Assembly (NCBI GenBank): GCA_009859145.1
Contig: VRVR01000017.1
Span: 126,607-190,606 of the forward strand
Source of the DNA: Andalucia godoyi And28
Taxonomy: Eukaryota > Protista > Jakobida
DNA length: 64,000 nucleotides
Direction: 5' to 3'
A model generated the notes under the pieces. That model had not been told where the DNA came from and ran no database searches. It saw nothing but the letters and a program-made list of their open reading frames with translations. This document shows, piece after piece, positions 20,213-30,500 of the stretch; position 1 is the stretch's first letter; each line of letters starts with the position of its first letter. The position numbers and the translations under genes were made by a program.

Positions 20213-20639
20213 GCACGTCATTGTCATGCATACGGGGGAGTATACACAAACAGACACGGTCGATACTGGCCGACACTAGCACGTTTGTTTCACAGGAATT
20301 CGTGATACACGGCCTCCTAGGTCCCGCAGACCTATTAAGAGACCGCGTGTCACTACGCCTACCGCCTCTTCCTCTCGCATCTCCAGGTGCATCAATCGCT
20401 GCAACTGAGGACACGAAAGCGCCTGCTGCTAGGGCCGTCAGCATCAAAATGCACCCTTCTCAGGAGCAACGTGTCACGCTGAGAAAGTGGCTCACAGATT
20501 GATCGAGATTGGGGACGGAGCGCGGAACATTTATCTGAAGAACGCCGTGAGGCGTGTCGGGGCCTATCCCCTTCCCGGCAACGGGATGCAAGATTGAATA
20601 TGCACATGTCTATTCGTAGATATGCAGCATGTTCAGTGT
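20213..20639 (+). mobile_element. Non-autonomous Fanzor2/TnpB (IS607-like) element, copy 1
   Basis: Encodes RAVSIKMHPSQEQRVTLRKWL (TnpB/Fanzor N-terminal strand-helix) fused out of frame to IDRDW+DGARNIYLKN (RuvC-III). Near-identical to 56119-56537 (3 substitutions over 20379-20603). ATA on both sides; the ends may extend about 10-15 nt further. Confidence 0.85.
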
Positions 20640-20660
20640 ATAACGTAGCCGCATGGAGGA
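20500..20660 (+). ncRNA. Putative Fanzor omega-RNA scaffold plus flank-derived guide, copy 1
   Basis: Hairpins ACGCC-GTGA-GGCGT (20542-20555), TCCCG-GCAA-CGGGA (20573-20586) and a long stem 20595-20635 capped by TTCG, overlapping and following the RuvC-III remnant. Exact limits are inferred. Confidence 0.65.
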
Positions 20661-20835
20661 AGACACTCCCTGATGGGACGGATGATGCCAGCTTGATGCT
20701 AGTGACCGACGGTGCCGGTACGGTGCTGTTTAAGAACACCTACTGCACGCCACGCCAGCAATACCTTGGGGAAATTGCCTCGATGAGACAGGTCTGTCTG
20801 CTGAGAAGTTGCTCAAGAAAAGTTGCTGCATTGTT

Positions 20836-21828
20836 ATGAACTTCGCGGAGTTGATTGGTCGTATGGGGTTTCGGGACAAGTCGGTCCGCGCTTTTTCTTC
20901 GTTGTCCGGTATTTCGAGCCGATTCCAAGTTCCCAGGAAGGTGAGGATCGTTGAAGTTGGACCTCGAGACGGATTGCAGAATGAGAAGCAGGTAATTCCG
21001 ACAGATATAAAAATTGGATTAGTGGATGGACTAAGCGCATCAGGGCTTCGGAGCATTGAGACAACGTCGTTCGTGTCGCCAAAAGCTGTTCCTCAAATGG
21101 GAGATGCCGCGGAAGTCATGCGTCGTATTAACCGTGTTCCAGGAGTTTCATATTCTGCTTTGACTCCGAATGCAAAAGGACTGGAAGCAGCTCTGGCTCT
21201 AAATGTATCGGAAGTCGCTGTGTTTACTGCAGCGTCGGATAGCTTTACACAAAAAAATATCCAGTGCTCTGTGGATGAGTCGTTTGATCGTTTTGAAGCA
21301 ATTTTCTCAGCGTCTTCGAGAGTGAAGGTTCGGGGTTATGTTTCATGCGTCCTCGGTTGTCCGTACGAAGGGGTTATTTCTCCGCAGCGTGTTGTCGAAG
21401 TGACCAAGCGTCTGTTTGATAAGGGATGTTACGAAGTGTCGCTCGGTGATACGATCGGCGTTGGAACTGTTGGTTCGACTGCGAGACTGTTGGAAGAATG
21501 CGTGCGGTCCGGAATCGACCTGTCTCGCATTGCAGTGCATTTTCATAATACATACGGTCAAGCGCTTGCCAATATTTTTTGTGCATTGCAGTTTGGGGTC
21601 AGTGTGGTGGATTCCTCCATTGCTGGTCTCGGCGGATGCCCGTATGCTCGAGGCGCTTCTGGAAACGTTGCAACAGAGGATGTGGTGTACATGCTAAATG
21701 GAATGGGAATCGAAACCGGGGTAGATTTACAACGTTTGCTAGAAGCTGGAAAATACATTTGCGATCATCTCCAGCGACAACCCTCTTCAGGTGTCGGTCG
21801 AGCTCTGGGGGGCAAGTCATCGCAATGA
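20836..21828 (+). CDS. HMGCL: Hydroxymethylglutaryl-CoA lyase, likely mitochondrial
   Basis: [60 protein letters not shown]; Arg/Ser-rich N-terminus. Confidence 0.97.
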   Translation: MNFAELIGRMGFRDKSVRAFSSLSGISSRFQVPRKVRIVEVGPRDGLQNEKQVIPTDIKIGLVDGLSASGLRSIETTSFVSPKAVPQMGDAAEVMRRINRVPGVSYSALTPNAKGLEAALALNVSEVAVFTAASDSFTQKNIQCSVDESFDRFEAIFSASSRVKVRGYVSCVLGCPYEGVISPQRVVEVTKRLFDKGCYEVSLGDTIGVGTVGSTARLLEECVRSGIDLSRIAVHFHNTYGQALANIFCALQFGVSVVDSSIAGLGGCPYARGASGNVATEDVVYMLNGMGIETGVDLQRLLEAGKYICDHLQRQPSSGVGRALGGKSSQ

Positions 21829-21903
21829 GCGTGCTCACTTCCCAGGCGAATGCGAATCCGTAAAGTAATTCTGTGCACCTGTCCCCTTCAGATAATAACC
21901 TAT

Positions 21904-22619
21904 TCACGCCGACAGCGCTTTATGGAACTCTGTATATGCAGTGTCTAGATCAAACATCAGTTGTCGTACATCTTCCGAACTTAACGTCTCCGTCGCACGC
22001 ATCGCATTCATTTTGGTAAACCAATCTTGCAATCTTCTTGTATGTTTTTCATATTCCATTGGAAGAAATGAGCTACTTTTGGACAAAGCCTCGACCAGGT
22101 CTTGAACGAGAGGAAACAGCTGGTCCACAGCGTTCATGTCCAGCTTCAGGGAATCCATTACCGTAATGAAAAATTGAACAGTCTCTGCGACTTGCTTTGT
22201 TTGGATTGTGGAAGAGCTGCATTTCAGTGGTTAGACATTTGAAGCGAATTCCAAAACAGTTTCGACAAAAAAAGCGAAAAAAAAAAAGAAAAAAAGCAAG
22301 CATACCCGACTGCTCGAAACTCCGTGGTCGCTGGAACACCGACTCGTAGTCGCCGTAAGGCAGTCGGCGCACTGACAGAATACTCCGCGACAAACTGGTC
22401 CAGGCTCCATTTATCTCCAAGAGAAGAAGACAACAACTTGTACTGAGAAAGTAGTTTTGCGCATTGCTGCGCATACGAGTCCTGGGAGAGAGCATCCCGA
22501 GTGTATGCCTTCTCCAGGTGTTCGATGCAATGAATGAGCGCAAACATGTCCGCAAGCGCATCGTAGTACTCTCTCTCGTTTCGGTTCGACGCCAGTTTGA
22601 CTCTGTCAGTGGAAATCAT
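21904..22619 (-). CDS. VPS28: ESCRT-I subunit VPS28; exons 22619-22306 and 22216-21904
   Basis: EREYYDALADMFALI...EHLEKAY; the spliced junction reads FRAVG/SSTIQTKQVAETVQFFITVMDSLKL...RQLMFDLDTAY. Intron GTATGC...CTAAC...CAG, 89 nt. Confidence 0.95.
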
Positions 22620-22938
22620 TATGGATACAACCCCCGGTAAGTTTGCTTATTATCAGTTATGCGTCAGCAAACAATTCGGGAGCAAAAGAACATCCAACTT
22701 TTGTGCTCAAGAAGACTGTTCAGGCTGTTCAACAAAGGTTCCGAATCCTGCAGCCCAGCATCTGTACAGCTCGAATTACAACAGATGATGGCTTCATGAC
22801 CCGTCATTAGATTTACTCCGTGTGTCGCAGGCTTTGCGGCTCCCACAAGTCTCTCGTCAGAACCACGCATTATGGACAATTTTCAGTCCTCTTGATTGCC
22901 TAGCAAGGTACCACGAATGCAGAAAACTTAAATTCCAC

Positions 22939-23553
22939 ATGACTGACTCGCATCTCAAAGCCACCATCTCTTCTGCGGAAACAAACTCTGGACAAGAGGT
23001 CCCAGATTACGGAAGGCGTATTCAGTCTATTGTTGCAGAGCTTGGTGCTGCAGTTCGTCACGCCAATGTGTCGTCCGACGCGGATCTTGTCTCATTTCTT
23101 TCAGGATATTTTACAGATAAGGCAGAGGAACAAAAATGGCGTGGTAGCGTCCAGGTAAGTCTAGATTCTGTCGACAGACTTGTGGAAACATTGTGTCAGT
23201 TGTATCCAGTGCAGGAAACAAAGGAAAACGATTGTTGCACTCCTGCGATTCCCATCCGCGTTTTGTCCTTCACATCAGAAGCTGTGGGAATTGGAAAGTG
23301 TACAGTGTCCACCTGCATCGAATGGTGTTTTGCACATGCAGATGCTTCTGAAAAACAGATTGCCGATACGGCAGTCCCGTGGGCATTTTGGGTCTTCATC
23401 ATGGCTTCCTTTGCAACACCCACGGAATTCGATTGCTGGAACAGGGTCAAAGAGATTTTACAGAAGCATTGCTGTGTGAGTGAAAGCGGAATTGAAAATA
23501 TTGTCGGCTCTGTTGAATGCTGGCTCTTGTCGATTGGATGTGTTCCATCTTGA
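22939..23553 (+). CDS. Hypothetical protein (may be a pseudogene; the frame stays open past TGA to 23724)
   Basis: 204-codon ORF from ATG 22939 with no recognised domain. Confidence 0.4.
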   Translation: MTDSHLKATISSAETNSGQEVPDYGRRIQSIVAELGAAVRHANVSSDADLVSFLSGYFTDKAEEQKWRGSVQVSLDSVDRLVETLCQLYPVQETKENDCCTPAIPIRVLSFTSEAVGIGKCTVSTCIEWCFAHADASEKQIADTAVPWAFWVFIMASFATPTEFDCWNRVKEILQKHCCVSESGIENIVGSVECWLLSIGCVPS

Positions 23554-24027
23554 TATTCCAAGGTGGTTGTAAAAAACATCACGGACTGCATATCGGTGCG
23601 TGTTTCTGCTTTCAACACTCTCTACTGGGATGCCGTTGATGAGTTCAAAGCCACCGTTGATCAAGGTGTGTCGTCCCCTTCGTATTACTTAAAACGCTTG
23701 TTTTGTTCTGTTTTGTTTTTGTAGTCCACTTTCATGCACAAGTCATACCTCTTGAAATCACCAACGGCAATGTGAAATAATAATGTACGTTTTAGTGAAA
23801 TGTAAGTAATGTTAAAGGAGGAAAAAAATAGAAGGTGGAATAATAGCGTTGACATTTGCGGCAACAGCACTAGCGAATTCAGGTTGCACGCACTGAAAGC
23901 GCAGATAAGTTGCCTGGGATGCGAACCCATCACACTCTGTCCCTCGCACCGTTTGAAACAGTTCTCATTAGCAGGAGAGCTCTTTGGTAAAGCGGGGATC
24001 CATTTTAGAAAAGGAGGAAAAAGGAAA

Positions 24028-24060
24028 AGAAGAAGAAGAAGAAGAAGAAGAAGAAGAAGA
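24028..24060 (+). repeat. (GAA)n microsatellite
   Basis: Direct reading. Confidence 0.95.
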
Positions 24061-24172
24061 GAGGAGACAGGACAAACAAGTGAAAGTGCGAAAACCCTCC
24101 CCACCCCTTGAGACCAGAGCCAGCATCCATTGAGACTTTACAGTAATTAAAAAAGGGGTTTATTCGTGTCCA

Positions 24173-24906
24173 GCAGAACCAGACATTTTCTCACGCAGGC
24201 GCTTACGTGAGACTCCAACTCGCTTGCGCAGGGAGATTCCGACACGAGAGTTGCGGCCGGATGAGCGAGCATTGACGAATGTTCATCGCGGCCCAAGCAC
24301 CGGCGGTGAGATGGACAGTTCACTGTGGCCCAGTGTCTCAACCCCCTGGGCACGAATCGCTCGCGACGCGTCGCTGGATTCGCAGACATCTTCAGGCGCA
24401 CCCCTCTTTGGGTGCTGGTGGAACCGAAATAAAGGTAATACAAGGTCATTTCCACAGCCGCAACATTTTGTTCATCGTGCAGTACGCGTCGATTGCTTCG
24501 AAATTCCGGAACCGTTTCTCGATGGCTCGCCGGATGGCGCACACCGATATGGTGTTTTGTAATAAAGAGTACTCTTAAAACTGAAATTAACTACTATTTA
24601 ATTTATCTTGTGATACGCACACAGAAAAGATAACAAACACAAGGAAAACAGAAGCAAAACAGAAACCAAAGCAAACGAATAAACGAACAAAAGAGAGAGA
24701 GAACACTCGAAAGGTGCGCTGCAACGACCATTACGGTCGGTGGCGCCGATCGAGTTTCGAAAATTCGAAAGGATGAAGAACACGAAAAGGATAAACCGAC
24801 AATGCACGGCGAAGTTGTGGCGACGCGGTGCCAAATAAAAGGAAAAATATCAAAATATGAACACTACAGTGTTTTATTTAATGTTTTCTTTTTGACAAAA
24901 CGAAGT
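24173..24906 (+). repeat. Dispersed degenerate repeat family B, copy 2 (longer; extra internal segments)
   Basis: Same ordered blocks as 4519-4824, separated by two additional ~230-nt segments. Confidence 0.8.
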
Positions 24907-25372
24907 AATTGTCGGAATTTCGGAATTGAATTTTATGGAAACGCCTGCTGCTACTGCAATGTTGCATGCAATCGATCCCACAAGTCAATCGTCTAGGGGG
25001 GAGGGGGGAGGGAGGGAAGGCCCCAGCACACAAGTGCAGAGACCCACCAAAAAGACTCTTCCCAGTCGAATGACCTATTGAAATCATTCCTTCAAAAGAG
25101 AGAGTGACATCAACCGAATTCCCCATCTCCAACGCAACAAGCACCCACGGAAAAAAAAACACTTCTTGCAGTCATTTCAACCAGTCTGCATCGAGCACCT
25201 ACGAAGGAACACTGAGATTTGGTGTTTCCACTGGGTCCGATTTAACAACAATCTACACATGAAACAGTGAACATCCTCGGATTTCGCTTCCATTTCCTCA
25301 TTGTTTTTTCATCTCCCGGGGTGTTTCTTTGTGATAATTCTGCGACAATATAGATAGAAGACGAAGCACGTG

Positions 25373-25374
<2 letters not shown>

Positions 25375-25404
<30 letters not shown>
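25375..25404 (+). repeat. (CA)15 microsatellite
   Basis: Direct reading. Confidence 0.95.
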
Positions 25405-25407
<3 letters not shown>

Positions 25408-25436
25408 CGCAATGCAAGGAAAAACCGGACACAGCG

Positions 25437-26075
25437 TCATGGTGTATCTGGAGATGCTGATTCCCAGACTACCCGGACGTTGTCACTGCTGATTTCATTG
25501 AAAATCCCACTCAACAATGGACCGACGATTGGATCCGTAGCCCAATCAACAGCAGATCGTGGATTCCGAATGATATCTGCAAATGCATCAAGAACGTGCG
25601 ATGAAAGTATATTTGGAAAATGCAAAATTGACTGCACGTGCGCAACAACATCCGAAGAAGAGAGCTTCAGTGCCGTCAAAACGGAAGATGAATCGCTGCG
25701 CTTGACGTGCTGGACACGGTCATCTCCGGGCCGGCGGAGCGGAGGAAGAGAAGTGGACATCCAATCTGCGACAACACTGCTGGCCTCCTGTGCAAACGCG
25801 TACAAGGAGAGCTTGTTTCCAGACGACATATGTTTCAGCCAAGCTTCCTCAATTCGATCATCAGGTCGTAGAGGCTGCATCCCCGACCAAGATGAGACTT
25901 CCCGCTTGTGGTTTCCAAAGTCGCAGACCAAGTACCTGAACGACGTGTTCAGCGGAAAGTTGTCGATTGTCGCAAGAACTGAATCGAGATCTGACAATTT
26001 ACGAGACGCATCGCAGTTGAACACATGAACGTTTCCACATCTTGTTGCAACTTGCAACACAATTCGTTGAACCAT
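25437..26075 (-). CDS. Protein with ubiquitin-like N-terminus and STI1/DP-like C-terminus
   Basis: The N-terminal IVLQVATRCGNVHVFNCDASRKLSDL pattern resembles a beta-grasp fold. The C-terminal AFADIIRNPRSAVDWATDPIVGPLL resembles the STI1 motif. Inference by eye. Confidence 0.55.
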   Translation of the reverse strand: MVQRIVLQVATRCGNVHVFNCDASRKLSDLDSVLATIDNFPLNTSFRYLVCDFGNHKREVSSWSGMQPLRPDDRIEEAWLKHMSSGNKLSLYAFAQEASSVVADWMSTSLPPLRRPGDDRVQHVKRSDSSSVLTALKLSSSDVVAHVQSILHFPNILSSHVLDAFADIIRNPRSAVDWATDPIVGPLLSGIFNEISSDNVRVVWESASPDTP

Positions 26076-26425
26076 TCACTGCAGCATCGAACGCAGAAAA
26101 CAGCGAATCCTGCTCTCTCCAGCTGGAGCGTCCAAACGTTTTCCAACTGGGATCGTGGACTGCATCCCGTTTTCAGTGCTGATTCGTCCTTTTTATGTCA
26201 ACCTGTTATTATTGCAGCATCCATTGATGCTTGCATCGATCCAGGCATTCCGGTGCTGACTGATTTTTTCTTTTTCTTTTTCTTCTTTTCAATCGCTGGA
26301 CCCCCCCAACTCCCCCCGCCTTCTCACTTTTTGGAGCGTGCTTTGTCTTCTTCTTCTTCTTCTTCTTCGTGTATTCAAATCGACGACGTCACCCCACGAT
26401 TGCTTATTTCCATTGTGCGATCTCA

Positions 26426-27517
26426 ATGTCTGAACTTCTGGGATTTGTCATTCGTCCGGTTACAACGTTCATTAGAACGCTCGTCTCCGGCGACAAACGG
26501 CGATTCCGCGATGGACGGTACGACCTGGATCTGTCCTACATCACGGACCGCATCATGGGAATGGCAATCCCCGCAACAGGAATCGCCAGTCTTTGGCGAA
26601 ATCCTGCTTCTGAATTGGCAGCGTTTTTGAATGAATACCATCCAAAATCCTACAGAATCTTCAATCTTTCAACATTGCCGTATGATACGTCCTATTTTGA
26701 TGCGGATTCTGTTGTTGATCTTGGGTTTCCCGACCACCACAACCCACCATTGTTGTTATTGCATAGACTCTGCCAAGAAATTGACAAATATCTTTCACTG
26801 GATTCCAGCAATGTTGTCTTGATTCACTGTCTTGCTGGTCGTGGGCGAACAGGCACAGTAATTGCGAGCTACTTGACGTATTCTGGGGAGTTTGACTCGG
26901 GATCGGAAGCACTCGAGCATTTTGCTCAGAGGCGGAGTTATGTCAACAAGGGGGTTACGCAGCCTTCGCAAAGACGATATGTGCAGTATTATTCTGAACT
27001 AATCTGCAATCGCCGTCCTTCGCACATCCCTGTTAAACTTATGCGCGTTGTTCTCTATTCACTTCCTCGAGTATCGAAAGGCAAGCAAGGCACAATCGCT
27101 GTTCCACAAATCGACATATTCACTGCCCCTGCACAGAGTGCAGAGCCAACCCTTCTGTTTCGCTCTTCTCTTCAGCACAGCGTCATTGGATCGGCGTCCG
27201 CCGATGTCCCAATCCAGCTGGCTCTCCCCCAAGTCACAGACATTTACATTCGTTGTTATCACGTCGTTGATTCATCCAAGCCTGGCAAGGACGGGGCTGG
27301 AAAAAGGAAGTTTCTATTTCGTCTTGGGTTCAACACAGGTTTCTTACCCTTAGGAGTGTTGCGCTTAACAAAGTCCGAGATTGACGATGCGATCAAGAGT
27401 TCCAAGTTCGATGCAGATTTTTTTATAGACATCGTATGTGACAGAATGGATGGAAAAGAAGATCTAAAGAATGGCGAGGACCCTTTGCGGACAATCCAGA
27501 AACGAGATCGGCGATAG
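26426..27517 (+). CDS. PTEN: PTEN-family lipid/protein phosphatase with C2 domain
   Basis: VSGDKRRFRDGRYDLDLSYITDRIMGMAIPA, FPDHHNPP, HCLAGRGRTG, GVTQPSQRRYVQY, FRLGFNTGF. Confidence 0.92.
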   Translation: MSELLGFVIRPVTTFIRTLVSGDKRRFRDGRYDLDLSYITDRIMGMAIPATGIASLWRNPASELAAFLNEYHPKSYRIFNLSTLPYDTSYFDADSVVDLGFPDHHNPPLLLLHRLCQEIDKYLSLDSSNVVLIHCLAGRGRTGTVIASYLTYSGEFDSGSEALEHFAQRRSYVNKGVTQPSQRRYVQYYSELICNRRPSHIPVKLMRVVLYSLPRVSKGKQGTIAVPQIDIFTAPAQSAEPTLLFRSSLQHSVIGSASADVPIQLALPQVTDIYIRCYHVVDSSKPGKDGAGKRKFLFRLGFNTGFLPLGVLRLTKSEIDDAIKSSKFDADFFIDIVCDRMDGKEDLKNGEDPLRTIQKRDRR

Positions 27518-30500
27518 CTAGTGGTATTTCCACGAAATGATAGCACAGCCCCTTAAGCAAACAACAGAGGTTGATTCTTGGAATCCTTGCGGCAACACCA
27601 CATCCATGAGCATGTTTGTTCGACTCGTATTTGTGTACAGCGGCATCGTAACGACATCTCGTTTTAAACCCGTGGAGCTGCTGGTATCAGGCGCTTCGGA
27701 AAACGTCAGTTTCATACACGGCAGTGAAGCGGTTCCCACACCACTTTCGGCGAGTGATACAGCCCCATCTAACCAAACACACCCTTCTAGTTGCAGATCA
27801 GTAACAATAAATTGTACAGGCAACTTGTTTGACACGGGATCATCCATGTTTTCAAAGACGAGCTTAGGGCAGAGAGTTTCCAAAGGCTTCTCCAGAATCT
27901 CCGCAGCCAGCTGATGGACAGCAGTGATAAACGCTTGCGGAGACAGCAGTTTTCCAAGACACACCCGAACCGTGGAACTCGTCCCATCTCGAGAACAAGC
28001 ATCGACAATCGAACGCAGTTGTGCGTGTCGAACGGACAGCTCAGGAATCCACGCACTCGCCAAAGGATTAGGTGCTGTTTCGAACATCCGCCAGTCTGCG
28101 GGGACCGTATCAGCCGACAGAAGTCGAAGCGTCATCCGAGTAGAATTCGTAAATCGAGACTGCCCTTTAAGCACGCTGAGCAGATCGCTAAGGTCCTGCC
28201 GAACTCGCAACAACACTGCGTTGAGCAGCCCAATTTCCCGAACCAAGAATCGACCAACAGCTTCTCCAATGTCTCTCCTCATTTCAGGTAAAGAAATTGT
28301 CGCAGGTAATACATCTAGCCAATGGTTACACGAAGAAATGATAATTGCAGTGCCTGATGCAACAGAATCCGCGGACTTCGAACCACTCAGATCCTTTTCG
28401 TAAGCAGATTCGTCTTCCATTGAGGCTTGAAGAATCAATATCTTTTTCATCAGGTGTTCGCCTTGTCGCAAATGTACCATGTGCTGCGCCGATATGGGCA
28501 GTCCGATCCAATTTGGACCTTCTGTCGAAGGCAGGGAGGCGACCCAAGTTGAAAAATCTTCAAGGTTGACAATTCTACTGCTCAACAAGACTTCATTCTT
28601 CACAAGAACGAATCCATCCTTGTATGCATCTGCAGTCATGAAACTCTCCACGAGAGCCCGAAGGATCATCAAATCACGCTTGTTCTCGATCTTGCCTCCA
28701 TAAATCGAAGAAGTCAACAGGGACCGAATCGCATTCCACGGTAGTTCGTCTGGCCGAACGTTCTGTCGACCCTTAGAGACTCGATCTATCCACAAGTCAA
28801 CAACATCAAATGCAAATCGAAGATCAGCGTCATTGAACTCGTATTTCTTGGACCAGCCAAGAGGAATGAATCGAAGACGCTCCTGAACAACAGCATGAAG
28901 CCAGGAGAGCAACACATGCATACGGATACGCTCCAAGGGAGGTTGCACAACATTCGACGATGCTGCCACAGTCCGTAGCACGTGGGAAACCGAAGCCTGA
29001 ATTCCTGGGGCAGCCTCATTCATCAAAATAAACGATCGTCGAAGGAGCGTTGACGGCAATGCAGAGTTAGACTCGGAAGAAAGGAATAATCGGAACGAAG
29101 GTCTTGACATTTGGGACAAAGTCGCAAGTCGCTTGTCCAAAGTCTCAATCCAGTTCAGGGCAAGGTGAACGTTCTTCAGCAACAACCAGGAACCAGATCG
29201 GGTCGCAGAATTCAGAAGTGATTCAGCTTCTACAATGCTATCCGCATCACCCAAGGCCACAGACAAAAACTGAACACCCAATGTCTCCGACGCAAGCTTC
29301 TCAACGGCATCCGTCGGATCGTAACCCGGAGTGGAAATCATTAGCAACGGACTTGAGGGCACCACACTTTCCACGATGCGTCGGAGATTCGCTTCGGAAG
29401 AGTCCCGCAAAAATTCTGCACCAAAAACAGACAGCACAAAGCTTTCCATTGCAAAGACGAGACGATCGGGACGGAGAGCCTTCGTTAACAGCAAAGAGTG
29501 AAATGCACAGAGAACCTTGGAGGCTGCGTCTTGTCCATTTGCTTGCGATCCTAACAACTGTGAAGCAAGAACTTCTGGCTTTTCTGCAGACAAGATGTCA
29601 AATACCGCAGTCATGGTGGTTGCATCCTGGCTCTTAAGCTGGTCCTGGAGTAACTTGAATGACGCCAAGGAAAGCAAAGACTGCAGTGCGGTTGACGATG
29701 AAGCAGATAGCTTGGATTGCAAGGCAGCGGGCATTGCAGTCTTTCCGCTGCCGGATTTCTCCAGTGAGACCGACAGGTGGAATAGCAACTCCGACTCTCG
29801 CGCAGAAATATCGACGCCACAGACATCGACAGCATACATAATGGAAAATCGCGATGCAAGCGCAAGGGCATCCACGTACAGCAGAGAACGACGGATGCGG
29901 GAAAACGCTGAAGAAAACAGCGAGATGATGAACGACGAAATTCGGAGCTCGGATCCTCGATCACCTTCAGCATGAGGACTGGACAGCACAGTCTTCAAAA
30001 TGACCCAGAATGTGTCAAGAGAGAACTGATAAAGATTGTTAATCTCCGAGAGGCGGAGGAGAGAAAAATAGATGCGAGAACAAACAGCAGCAAACGGTTG
30101 GTACACCGCTGCAGCTCGAGACAAATCTCTCATCACCACATCTGTTTCCTGCATGCGATTTTGAACATCGAACGCCTCCTTCTTAACAGTTTCAAGTTTT
30201 CTGAGAACAACGTCGTCTTCAAGAAGATTCGCCGTTGAATCGGATAGCGCATTCAGCAATTCCTCCTCCAAATTTCGCAGACGCACACGGTATTCCCCTT
30301 GCGACCGCAGTACTTCGGTGCGACGATTCTCAATGTCGGGTCTTTCTGAAAGCAATATGAGGGCAAGGGATTGACTGACCAAAGAAGCAGGAGTGACCGA
30401 GAAATTGACAAACGTCACCCTCGAGGAGACATCAGGAGAAAACTGGTGCAGTGGGTTCTTCGTGATCAAATACAATGCAAATGACGGCGAAAGATCTACC

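Noticed and set aside
20213-20639. CRISPR-like reading of the constant-variable-constant architecture
   Set aside because: Only one variable segment per locus, anchors differ from each other, no tandem array; explained better as Fanzor derivatives.
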